Positions 1-11,349 of a DNA stretch of 64,000 nucleotides are shown here, one piece after another. Within the stretch, counting starts at the first letter, position 1. Each line of letters begins with the position of its first letter. The notes below the pieces were generated by a model, which was not told where the DNA came from, did not search any database, and worked only from the letters and a program-made list of their open reading frames with translations. This DNA comes from Piromyces finnis finn (taxonomy: Eukaryota; Fungi; Neocallimastigomycota). The translations under genes were made by a program, and so were the position numbers. The DNA lies in assembly GCA_002104945.1 (NCBI GenBank), contig MCFH01000028.1, forward strand, positions 62,001-126,000. The letters are read 5' to 3'.

Positions 1-3000
1 GGTGAATCTGTAGGTTATCAAATTCATTTAGATTCAAAGAAAGGTCCAAGAACTCGTTTACTTTATATTACAGTTGGTATATTATTAAGAATGTTATTAG
101 ATGATGAAAATATGGCAGGTTCAACTGGTGTAAAATTGAAAGGTGTTACCCATGTTATTGTAGATGAAGTTCATGAAAGAAATTTACTTACCGATTTTTC
201 ATTAATTGTATTAAGAGATTTATTAAAAAGTAAACGTGCTGATTTAAAATTAATTGTCATGAGTGCTACATTAAATGCTCAACTTTTTTCTGATTACTTT
301 AGCACTAATACCGTGAAAACACCGATTTTGGAAATTCCTGGTTTTACTTTCCCAGTTCAAGAACTTTATTTAGAAGATCTTCTTGAAAAAACTGGTTATT
401 TAATTCCAGAAGATCAACATAGTGAAAATAGATTAATACGTCAAGGTCAAAGTATAAGATACAATATAACAAGAAAACCACCAGCTACAAAATCTTCTGA
501 TCCAAAATTTTATGATTTTTGGAAAACTAATTATCCAAATTATTCAGAAGATACTGCCAGATCTATTTCATATTTGAGAACAGATAACTCTATTATACAA
601 AAAATGTTAGAATGGGAATTAGAATTAATTGCAGAAACATTAAAATATATTTTTGAAGAACAAATATTTACACATAAAGTTCCAGACGATGTTGCAATAT
701 TAGTATTTTTACCTGGTTGGGATGATATTAACCGTTTACAATATATATTAAGTCAGTATCCAATATTTATGGATCCAAATAGATGTATAGTATTACCACT
801 TCATTCATCTGTATCTCCAGAGGCTCAAAAGAAAGTGTTTGAAAGACCAATGAAAGGTCAAACAAAGATTGTATTAGCTACTAATATTGCTGAAACTAGT
901 GTTACCATTGATGATGTTGTATTTGTTATTGATTGTGGTAAGCACAAAGAAAAAATATATGATCCAGTTACCAATCTTTCCAATTTAGAAGTGACATGGA
1001 TTTCTAAAGCTAACTCTAGACAACGTATGGGTAGAGCTGGTCGTGTACGTAATGGTTATTGCTATAAACTCTATACCCGTAAGCGTTATCAATCAATGGC
1101 AGATTATCAAATGGCCGAAATTTTACGTACTCCGTTAGAAGAAGTATGTTTACAAGTTAAAGTGTTAAATTTAGGTATGGCATCTGACTTTTTATCACAA
1201 GCTATCGAAGCTCCACAAGAACTTACAATTCAACAAGCCTTACAACTTTTAGAGATTGTTGGAGCTATTGATAATCAGGAAAACTTAACAACATTAGGTC
1301 GTGCATTAGCTTTGATTCCATTGAACCCAAGAATTGGTAAAATGTTAATCTACGGTTCATTATACCACTGCCTTGATCCAGTACTTACAATAGCCTCTGG
1401 AATTTCTTACAGAGATCCATTTATTTTAACCAATCAAGTTGATCGTGATAAGGCCCGTCGTGTCAAACTTGATTTTGCCATGAACTCCAAAAGTGATCAT
1501 ATCGCAATATTGAATGCATATGATCAATGGGATCAATCTGAAAATAAAATGCAATTTTGTCAAGATCATTTCTTAAATTCTTCTACTATGGAAACTATGA
1601 AAGAAATGAAAGATCATTTAAAAAAGCTTATACTTAGTCTTTTTGGACTCATTACCTATGATGAACAAATCAACGATCCAGTAATTATTGAAAAAATTGC
1701 TAAATTAAATGAAAATTCTTCCAATATGGAATTAATTAAGAGTATTGTACTTAGTGGTGTCTATCCAAATGTAGCAAAGGTTCATTTACACATTAAAAAT
1801 TCAACTTCTCAAAAGAAAAAAGCAAATAGTGAAGGAAAATTAAAATATTTATTGGCAAAATCTGGTCAAAAAGTATCTATTCATCCTGTAAGTGTTTGTT
1901 TTGGTATGAAATTAGAAGAATTTTGTGATAGAAGTATTGATATTAATGGTAATGCTATTACACATGCTAAAGGAACAGACGAAGGTGGCTATTGGTTAGC
2001 TTTCTTTGATGTAATGAAAAACGGTGGTGTCAAAAGTTCTAGTATGATGCGTGATACTTCAGTTGTTAATGGACTTAGTGTCTTATTATTTGGAGGTGGT
2101 ACACATTCAATTGAAGAACTTGAAAGAAACAAAATTATTTTAAAGATTGACGAAGGAGTTCAATTCATGACAGATATGACCACCGCCAAAGCTATTATTA
2201 ATGCTCGTCAGTCAATGTTGGATGTCATTCGTTGGAAAATTGTTAATAAGAAAGAAAGAATGAGAATATTCAGTCAGGATCAATTGGATTACATTGACCA
2301 ATTAAATGACAAGATTATTGAACAAGTAATGAATATTATTGAAAAGAAAAACTTTAACGTCTATGACAATAGTGTCTACTACAACGGCATGATGCCAATG
2401 GCTTCCAAGGACCAAAACTATATGATGATTCCAGGAAATAATGCCTATGCTACCACTGCAGGTTATGGCTATCCAACTGTAACTCCAATATATCCAGTTA
2501 TGGGCTATAGTGTTCCAGGATATAGAAATTCTGTGATGGAACAAGGACAAATGAAGAATAGTGCATTTGATGATGAAAGTGTCTACTCTATCACCGAATC
2601 TAACGATAGTTATGCCTATTATCCAACTCCATTAAATAACACCAACTTCACCAGTCAACCATCCATTTTGAGAAACGATGAAGTTTTAGATAGCTGGAGT
2701 AATTATGATGATGTTTCTTCAATTCACGAATCCCAAGAAACTGCCGTATATCAATCTTCTAATTCTCCAATACCATCACATCATTCAGCCTCCTCTTCCA
2801 CGGCCAATCTTTCAAAAGGCAACTCACAAACCACACTTTCTTCATACAATGCCTCCAATGAAAGTTTAGCTAAGCATGAAGGACGCCACAGTAGAAATAA
2901 TTCCAGTACATCCAAAGATAACACCAGTCATGAAGGCAACCATTGTAATGAATCAATAGATAAATCCGAAAATAAATCCACAGTAAAGCCCTACTTAACT

Positions 3001-4038
3001 TATATAGCACCACCACTTCAACAAAAGTATCAAAAATACGATAAAAACATTCACTCCTACAATAATCCATCCAATTTACCTTCACCAATGATTCAATCTC
3101 TTAAGCAACAAGAGGCATTTGAAAGAAACTATTCTCGACAATCGTCAAGTTCCTCGATTTCTTCTAATGCCAATGAAGAATCTGCTATGCCTGTTCAAGG
3201 TTCATTATCAGCCCATCGCGATGAAAGTCAATCTATATCTAAAAGAAGACAAAGTTCAGATTTAGAAAGATCCTTCAATTCCAATAATTATGAAACTAAC
3301 CGTACCACTTCCTTTAATAGAGATGAATCCTATAATGATAACAGTTCATTCAACACCAATTCCTCCAACTACTTCCCAAACAAAAAGAAGCATTCCTCCT
3401 ACTTATTTAATCAAAATAAAAACAATGGAAATCAATATGAAAACAACTTTAATAAAAATGAAAGTATGCGTAATGGAGGTTACAACAATCAAAATTTAAG
3501 AAACAATCGTAACCGTTATTCAGATTCCAATTTAGTTGATCAATATCAAAATTCATCTTATTATAATAATGGTACTACTACTAATAATAATGGCTATGGA
3601 GGTAATAAAAAAATGTTGCGTTATTCCTATTCTTCCTATTCTACAACCAATAACGGTAATATGAATAGTGGTATGAATAATTCAATGCCTATGAATATGA
3701 GCAATAATCGCAATGGTGGTAATTTCAATTCCTATCGTAATTCCATTAATATGGGAAGTCTAAATAACCCAAAATACAACAATGGAAATAACTATTATGG
3801 AAATGGCTATAATAACTATAATGCCGCTGCTTCTGCCGCCAACAACAATAACTACAATAATTATAATACCAACAACAACAATTATAATAATTACAATAAT
3901 AATAATGGTAATTATGATTCCTACAGTACTAAACAGAACAATAGACGTAGTTTCAACAATTCAATGAACAACTCCAACAATAATTATTATTATAATGGTA
4001 TGAATAGGAATTCCAATAGATATTCTCAGCGTTATTAA
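1..4038 (+). CDS. DExH-box ATP-dependent RNA helicase (DHX36/DHX57/DHX30-like), 5'-truncated by the window edge, with a long S/N/Y-rich low-complexity C-terminal tail
   Basis: Frame 1 is open from base 1 (GESVGYQIHLDSKKGPRTRLLYITVGILLRM). Motifs: DEVH, MSAT, FLPGW, LATNIAETSVTIDD, QRMGRAGR, HA2-like region (GRALALIPLNPRIGKML), OB-fold-like IHPVSV. No intron in the visible part. Confidence 0.93.
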   Translation, partial: GESVGYQIHLDSKKGPRTRLLYITVGILLRMLLDDENMAGSTGVKLKGVTHVIVDEVHERNLLTDFSLIVLRDLLKSKRADLKLIVMSATLNAQLFSDYFSTNTVKTPILEIPGFTFPVQELYLEDLLEKTGYLIPEDQHSENRLIRQGQSIRYNITRKPPATKSSDPKFYDFWKTNYPNYSEDTARSISYLRTDNSIIQKMLEWELELIAETLKYIFEEQIFTHKVPDDVAILVFLPGWDDINRLQYILSQYPIFMDPNRCIVLPLHSSVSPEAQKKVFERPMKGQTKIVLATNIAETSVTIDDVVFVIDCGKHKEKIYDPVTNLSNLEVTWISKANSRQRMGRAGRVRNGYCYKLYTRKRYQSMADYQMAEILRTPLEEVCLQVKVLNLGMASDFLSQAIEAPQELTIQQALQLLEIVGAIDNQENLTTLGRALALIPLNPRIGKMLIYGSLYHCLDPVLTIASGISYRDPFILTNQVDRDKARRVKLDFAMNSKSDHIAILNAYDQWDQSENKMQFCQDHFLNSSTMETMKEMKDHLKKLILSLFGLITYDEQINDPVIIEKIAKLNENSSNMELIKSIVLSGVYPNVAKVHLHIKNSTSQKKKANSEGKLKYLLAKSGQKVSIHPVSVCFGMKLEEFCDRSIDINGNAITHAKGTDEGGYWLAFFDVMKNGGVKSSSMMRDTSVVNGLSVLLFGGGTHSIEELERNKIILKIDEGVQFMTDMTTAKAIINARQSMLDVIRWKIVNKKERMRIFSQDQLDYIDQLNDKIIEQVMNIIEKKNFNVYDNSVYYNGMMPMASKDQNYMMIPGNNAYATTAGYGYPTVTPIYPVMGYSVPGYRNSVMEQGQMKNSAFDDESVYSITESNDSYAYYPTPLNNTNFTSQPSILRNDEVLDSWSNYDDVSSIHESQETAVYQSSNSPIPSHHSASSSTANLSKGNSQTTLSSYNASNESLAKHEGRHSRNNSSTSKDNTSHEGNHCNESIDKSENKSTVKPYLTYIAPPLQQKYQKYDKNIHSYNNPSNLPSPMIQSLKQQEAFERNYSRQSSSSSISSNANEESAMPVQGSLSAHRDESQSISKRRQSSDLERSFNSNNYETNRTTSFNRDESYNDNSSFNTNSSNYFPNKKKHSSYLFNQNKNNGNQYENNFNKNESMRNGGYNNQNLRNNRNRYSDSNLVDQYQNSSYYNNGTTTNNNGYGGNKKMLRYSYSSYSTTNNGNMNSGMNNSMPMNMSNNRNGGNFNSYRNSINMGSLNNPKYNNGNNYYGNGYNNYNAAASAANNNNYNNYNTNNNNYNNYNNNNGNYDSYSTKQNNRRSFNNSMNNSNNNYYYNGMNRNSNRYSQRY

Positions 4039-5026
4039 ATTTAAACAAACACGAAAAAAAAATTTCTTTTTTATTTTATATTTCATTACCATTTTAAAAA
4101 ATTTTTTTTTTTTTTTATAATTAATCGTTTAAATTTTTGGAAAAGTTTTTTTTTTTTTTTTATAAACTCTATCATGGTGAAAAGGGAAGTTTTTATAATA
4201 TATATAAAAAAAGAAACACTATTTTACAGATGACATCATATATATAGATTGTAACATTTTTTTTTATTTATTTTCTTTTATATTTGTAATACATTTAATC
4301 AGCAGCATCCTTCTCCATAATAATAAATAAAATCACAAATTTTTATTAAACATTTAATATATAATATATTATTTTATCATTTTCTATTTAAGTAAATTTT
4401 TATTATTATTTTTTTTATTTTATCCATTTCATTAATTCTCTATTCAAAATAGTACAATCTTGAAAGCGATCGTTTAAAAACAAACAAACACTTTTTGAAA
4501 GATATCATATTTTTGTATACATTATGTTTACATCATCTTTAGTATTGTACTTAATTTTCAATTTAACTATTATAGGTTAGAAGATAAATCAAAAGAGTGG
4601 AGATCTCTATTGATGGATAAATTATTTTTAATTTACCCCACTCTATTTAAGAATTTTAATTAAAAAAAAAAAAAAGAATATTATTATTTTATAAATTAAA
4701 AAAAAGTTTTAATTTTTAAATATTCAACTTTAAAATCCAAATCACTATTGAATGTTGGTGGTGGTGGTGGTAGATTTACCAGTAATTACTTTGAATAAAG
4801 ATAACGTTACTTTCAAATTAAACTTTTTAAATGTGATTATTATTATAACAATGTACGTACCTGCATTACATGAAAAAAAAAATTATGTAGTTTAGTTCTA
4901 TAAATAATTAATTTTAAAAATATTTATAATCTTATCCATAGTTATTAGTATCCTTTTAATAATTTTTATAGTTATAATACTTTTTTCTTACATTTAAATA
5001 TTTCCTTTCTTTTTAGAAAATGTCAA

Positions 5027-5132
5027 TTTTATTTATTCATTTATTTATTTATTTATTCATTTATTTATTTATTTATTTATTTATTCATTTATTTATTCAT
5101 TTATTCATTTATTTATTTATTCATTTATTCAT

Positions 5133-5167
<35 letters not shown>

Positions 5168-5172
5168 TTCAT

Positions 5173-5222
<50 letters not shown>
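5027..5222. repeat. (TTTA/TTCA)n tetranucleotide microsatellite
   Basis: Seen directly; it explains the spurious ORF 5020..5265. Confidence 0.95.
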
Positions 5223-5223
<1 letters not shown>

Positions 5224-5795
5224 CTTCTCATAATTTTTATTTTCAATTTAGCAATTGCTTGCTAAAATCGGCCTACATTCCATTTTATATATTAATAATG
5301 TAATTAATAATGTAATGTAATTAAGATCATTTAATATATATTGCTCATATATCCATATATATAACAATATATGATATATTTAGTTTTGTATTATAACAAT
5401 AATTAATAGTATATTATGAATCTAATGTAATATATAATCTCAATATATTCCTATATCCCATTTATATTTATAAGTAAATTAATAAAAAAAGTTTTATCCA
5501 TAAATAATAATTAATCTATTGTATGTACTAGAGGATAAATTATAATATTATTATAATATATGTATAATATATGTAGTAATTAACATTTATTTAAATATTT
5601 ATATTAATAATACAAATTGGAATATATTATGTTTTAAATATTAAAGGATGATTTAGAATATAATAAATAAATTCATAATAATAATAAGATTATGGAAAAT
5701 ACAAAAAAAAAAAATTAATATATAATAGCTAAAAATTAGCTCAATTTATGTAATTTTTTTTTTTATTTTATATTATCTAGATAGTATATAATAAA

Positions 5796-7568
5796 ATGTC
5801 ATCATTATTATCTACCGTAGGTTTAAATAAAGTTTCTTTATTAAAGCCAGCTGCTACTGCTTTAGCTGCTTCAAAGCTTCCATTAAACACTTTAAAGTTA
5901 AATCAAGTTAACTTAAATCAACATTGCTTATTCTCTAATCAAACTTCTTTATTAGAAGAATCTAAGTGCAAGAATGGTCAATGCAAAAAGGCTGCTGCTA
6001 AGAGATTAGGCAAAAAGAAGGCTCCATTCGATCCATCAAAAATTGATTACAACAACTTCGAAGGTTATGTTCACTCTGTTGAAAGTATGGGTTCCTTAGA
6101 AGGTCCAGGAAACCGTTTCTTATTATTCGTTACTGGGTAAGATTAATAAATATATATATATATTTTTTTTTATACTAATATTTTTTAAGATAAAAAAAGA
6201 AAAAATATTATCTAAATTATTAAAAAATATAATGTGAAATTACTTAATTTTTAATAAACTCATAATAATAATAATAATAATAGTAATACTATAGTAGAAG
6301 TAAAAGTAATAATAGTAATAATATGGTAGAAGTAAAAGTAGTAATAGTAATAGTAATAATAGGGTATAAGTAAAAGTAGTAATAGTAATAGTAATAGTAA
6401 TAGTAATAGTAATAATAGGGTAGAAGTAAAAGTAGTAGTAGTAGTAGTAAAAAATGAAAATGAAAAAATAAATATATGATTAATGATAAAATAAAATAAA
6501 AAAAATAGAATATATAATATATATTATAACAAATTCTGTATAATTTCGAAAATTAACAAATAACTAAATAAATAATATTCTATTGTTATAATAATATAAA
6601 GTTGTCCAGCTAGATGTATTTACTGTGAAAACCCAGATACCTGGCAACATGTCAATGGTACTAAGATGGTATGTATATTTATTAAAGAAAAAATATATAT
6701 ATATTTTACATTTAAATATTGAAAAACAAAGTATTAAGATTATACTCTTTCAATTGATTATGAAAATATAGAGAGTTGGTGATTTAGTTAAGAGAGCTAG
6801 AAACTTAAAGCCATACTATGAATTCTCTGTTGGTGGTGGTGGTGTTACTTGCTCTGGTGGTGACCCATTATCTCAACCAGAATTTGTTTCTTCCTTCTTC
6901 CACGCTGTAAAGAAGGATGTTGGTCTTCACACCTGTCTTGAAACTTCTGGTCAAGGTACTCAATACGCTTGGGATACCGTTTTACCACACACTGATTTAG
7001 TTTTACTTTGTAAGTGAAAATAAGATTATAGTATATATATATAATATTTTTTAAATTATATATTAATTATTTTTTATTCTATATAATTTATAATTATAAT
7101 ATAAAAATAACTGTATTTTCAAAATTGATAAATTAAAATATATTTTTCATAAACAAAAATAAAACGAATTAATTAAATTCAATGTAAAAAGGTATCAAGC
7201 ATCCAAATGCTAAGAAGTACAAGGAAATTACTAGAACTTGTGAATTAGACCGTATGATGGAATTCCTTAAGGAACTTGAAAAGCGTAACATTCCATGGTG
7301 GTGTAGATACGTTGTTATTTCTGGTCTTACTGATAATGATCAAGATTTAAAGGAATTAGTTGACATTTGTAACAAGTCCAAGACCTTAGAACGTGTTGAT
7401 TTATTAGCTTACCACACTTTAGGTGAACACAAGTGGAAGGAATTAGGTTTAAAATACATTATGGGTAGCAATTTAATTCCAAAGAAGGAAAGACTTTCTG
7501 AAATTGCTGAATACTTAAAGAAGAACCTTACCAACAAGGATGTTGTTGTCAACAGTGGTGTTGAGTAA
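5796..7568 (+). CDS. pflA: Pyruvate formate-lyase activating enzyme (radical SAM) with an N-terminal organellar (hydrogenosomal) leader; exons 5796-6136, 6602-6668, 6772-7009, 7192-7568
   Basis: Spliced product reads [36 protein letters not shown] (CxxxCxxC), GGGVTCSGGDPL, HTCLETSG, DLVLLCIKH, RYVVISGLTD, LLAYHTLGEHKW, collinear with E. coli PflA. All three GT-AG introns keep frame. Confidence 0.95.
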
Positions 7569-8017
7569 ATTAAGAATTACCCATTCAATATCTAATATAT
7601 ATATATTTGTATATATAAATATATTTTATGAAGTTTAAAATATATTCTATTCTATCCCAATATAAGATTTTTAATTATTAAAAATTGATTTATTTTGCTT
7701 TTTTTTTTTAAAAAAAAAAAAAAAAGAAAAAAGAATAAATCGTTATTATATAAATATTTATAATTTATTTTGTAAACAAAAACAAAAATAATAATAATAA
7801 TAATGTTAAAGAATAATAGTATTCTAAAATAAAAATTTTACTATAGAAGTTGAAAATAAAAATAAAAATAAAAATAAAAAAAAGAATAATAAAACAGATC
7901 ATCTCTTTAAACGAATTAAATAATAATAAAGCATCTATAAATATAATTAAAAATTATAATAAATAAAAATAAAAATTAAAAAAAAAAAAAAAAAGATAAA
8001 GAGTAAATTGCCATTGA

Positions 8018-8049
<32 letters not shown>

Positions 8050-8437
8050 CTCTTCAGCGGCGGAAAATAACACTTTATAAAAAATAAAGTGGAAAAAGGT
8101 AATTCTATTTAAATTTTTATTTTGAGGTTTCTTTTTTTTTTTTTAAAGTTATATTCCATTATTTAGTGATTGATGATGGTTTTAAGTGTTATTTTGCGGA
8201 ATTCCACACTAATGAAAAACCGATAATAATTTGTAATTTTTATCCATATTGATTGTTTTATATATATAAAAAAAAAAAACAAAAACAGAATACCAATAAT
8301 GTTGATGTCGGAAGAATAGGGTAAAGAAAAAAAAAAAAAAAAAAAAAAAAAAAATTATGATACATCAATGAAAATGACAGGAATTTTGATGTATATAGAA
8401 TGAAAAGGGTTAGAGGCCCTTTTTAATCATGATCCAT

Positions 8438-8476
<39 letters not shown>

Positions 8477-9707
8477 TATATATAATTCATATATAATCTT
8501 TATTTTTTTTAAAAAGAAAAAAAAAATTAAAGAGAATATTAATTATTACATATTCTATTCTACTTTTTCCTATTAAAATATCAATAGTAGAATTTATAAT
8601 TATTAGTCTTAAAAAGTAAATGGGTTTTTTTATGTATTTTTTTAGAATTAAAAAGAATTTTAATTGTTACGTTTTGTTAATCTAAATATTTGTATAATGT
8701 TAAAAATGAAAGGAAAAAAACTGAAAAGAAAAAAAGTAATTTTTCATTATACAAATTTAAATAATAATAAATGAATAAAAAATTATTTCTTTTTCAAAGT
8801 TTTTTTTTTTTTTGTTTTTATTTCTTACTAAATTTATTATTATTATTTAAATTTCCATATTATACGTTTTTATTGAATAAAGTTATTATATCTAATCTAA
8901 AAAAAATTGAAACCCATAGATCTTTGAATTATCAGTAAATAAAGTTATTTGAATGGTAACTATTGGATTAAACAGGACTTTCTAAATTTCATTTCAAAAA
9001 GTTTATGCATGTATACATGCAAAAAAAAAAAGTAGACAGACATTTTAAGAAAAAGATAAAATGTCTTTAAAAAATGAAACCTTTTTTTTTTTTATTCTTA
9101 CATAGAAAAAAAAAAAAAAGATTTGAATAGTTATTTTGAAATGAAGTATATGACTAGAATAATATTTTTCTTATTCATAATAACAATCTAGTTTCAAATG
9201 AAAAAGATATTTACTTTTGTTGTATAAAAACAAAGTTTTATAGGAATTTAGATTTTTTTTTTTTTCAAAGTGTATAATTAAAAGATATGTGTAATTGCAT
9301 AGAGACATGTTTTATACATACATGAAAATAAATAAAAAATGTATACTACTTTATGAATATTGAGAAAAAAGGTATTAATACTAAATAATATAATCGATTT
9401 AAAATTGTAATATAAATATTATATAATTTAGCTTTTTTTTTTTTTTTTTTTCCTAACTCCTTCCTCTAAATATTACTTTTTCTTTTTTTTAATATTTAAA
9501 TGATAAGAATAATATTTTAAAATAAAATAATAAAAAGAAAAGATATGATAAATAAATACTATAAATAAACAACATCATTAAAGTTATCAAAATATTGTTA
9601 AATTTCTATAAGATACTTTTTCTTTTTAATACACACTAACGAGGTAGGTCGTTTTTTAATAATAATAAAAAACTCTATATTTAAATAATCATTTCATTCG
9701 TCAATTC

Positions 9708-10236
9708 GTTCCAGTTTTTATCCTGGTTGTTAAGGCGTTTCCTTAGCATACATAAGGCTTCTGGTTCGACCCCGCAGATGTCAGTGCCTGTGGATTTTCC
9801 CACTGGGTTTGCCATGGGTTGGGTTATGATATTCAGGTAAGTATAAATGAACTTTCTAATTTACTACTATGATAATAACACTCGTCTAGCCGGCCTGAGA
9901 GGGTCTAGTGTACATGGTACATTCCAAATTAGAACTTAATAAGTGGTGACTTAGGCTATGCCAAAAACACATAATATTCCTTAATCAATTTAAGTGTAAA
10001 CATTAGGGGGCGGTTGACACGTGATCAAATTGACTATAAGAGGCTTAGCATTGTAGTTGTGAAATATCGTACAACGACATGCATCTAATGTACATGGATT
10101 AAGTGAGCGTCGAAGCTGAAGAAACAGTATGACAGACCAGGAGGGTCACAACCACCTAGCAATAGGAATGAGCCAACGTTTCTCTAAGAACCACCATTGG
10201 AGCTAACTCTGATCGATGGGAGAAATGCACTCGGAA

Positions 10237-10283
<47 letters not shown>
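9708..10283 (+). mobile_element. tRNA-derived SINE-like retroposon with poly(A) tail and 15-bp target-site duplication
   Basis: TTCATTCGTCAATTC occurs at 9693-9707 and 10284-10298. A44 tail at 10240-10283. Head has a D-arm/A-box-like TGGTTGTTAAGGCG, an anticodon-like hairpin CCTTA-N7-TAAGG (9741-9757) and a B-box GGTTCGACCC (9763-9772). It is a GC-richer island in very AT-rich DNA. Confidence 0.82.
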
Positions 10284-10285
<2 letters not shown>

Positions 10286-11349
10286 CATTCGTCAATTCAT
10301 AAAAATTAATAAATTTTAATTATTGAAATGAAAAAAAATTTAATCTTCAACTTTTAAATTTTATTAAATATTAAAAAAAAATTTTTTTTTCTTATTTCTT
10401 TTTTACTACAAAATTTCTTTATTTTGTATTAAAAAAAAAAAAAAAAAAATTCTATCACAAATTGTTGATAACATTTGGAAATTCAAATTGTAATGCATTT
10501 CCAAATTTCATAATTATATAGAATAAAGATAATATTAGTTTATAGAAGAAAGAAATATTTATTATTATTATTACTAGATAAACTTTTCTTTTTTATTTTA
10601 TTTTAATAAAAGGTAAGATATAATATTAATGATTATTATTTAAATAATTTTCATTGAAATTTCAAATTTTCTGTTCCAAAAAAAATTAATCAAATCTGTG
10701 AAATTTATTTTTCATCCTTTTTTTTTTTTTTCTTATTCTTATTTTAAAGAAAAATAAATATTCGTTAAATAGTTTAGTATTGTTTATTTTTTTTTTTTTT
10801 TCCAATAAATATATAAAATATTAAAGTATAATAAATGATTTCAATGAATTGAAATGGACATTTGTTTATTTGAATTGTTTTTTATTTTATTTTATTTTAT
10901 TTTATTTATTTTTTATTTTTAAATAAAACATCAATAACAATATAAAATACAGAATAAATAAAATATACAACAATATTCATTCTTTAACACTTTATAAGTT
11001 TTGTATTATAAATAATTCATACATATAAATAAAAAGACAAAATAAAAGTTGATAAAATAGCGATTTTAATTATACATTGTATTTTTTTTAGAAAAATAAA
11101 TTTTTTAAAAGTATTTTTCTTTTCCTTTCTTTTAAATTTATACTCTTACATAGATATATAAATTTTATTTTATTCTTTTAATGTACATATTTTAAATATA
11201 TATATATTTTATAATTTTAATAACTTCTTTTCATGTAAACTTAATTATATAATTTTTTATAAATAACTTCTTTTAATAATTCATATAGTAAAATAATATA
11301 CTATATTTTATTTAAATATAATAATATATATTAATATAGATAATTCAAA

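Noticed and set aside
4948-4960. GTATCCTTTT, a U12-like donor word
   Set aside because: Intergenic, with no associated exon or matching branch and acceptor.
9708-9785. Functional tRNA gene
   Set aside because: No acceptor stem, non-canonical anticodon loop (GCAUACA) and an imperfect T stem; better explained as a SINE head.
9875-9915. Twister-ribozyme-like start (UAA CACU...GCCGG...AGUG) in the SINE body
   Set aside because: The L4 loop (UCCCAAGC), the P4 closing strand and the downstream GAGGG needed for the pseudoknots are absent.
10115-10226. Hammerhead-like words CUGAAGA, CUGAUCGA and GAAA
   Set aside because: No stem II or compatible stems I/III with a cleavage triplet could be built; no HDV-like fold was found either.
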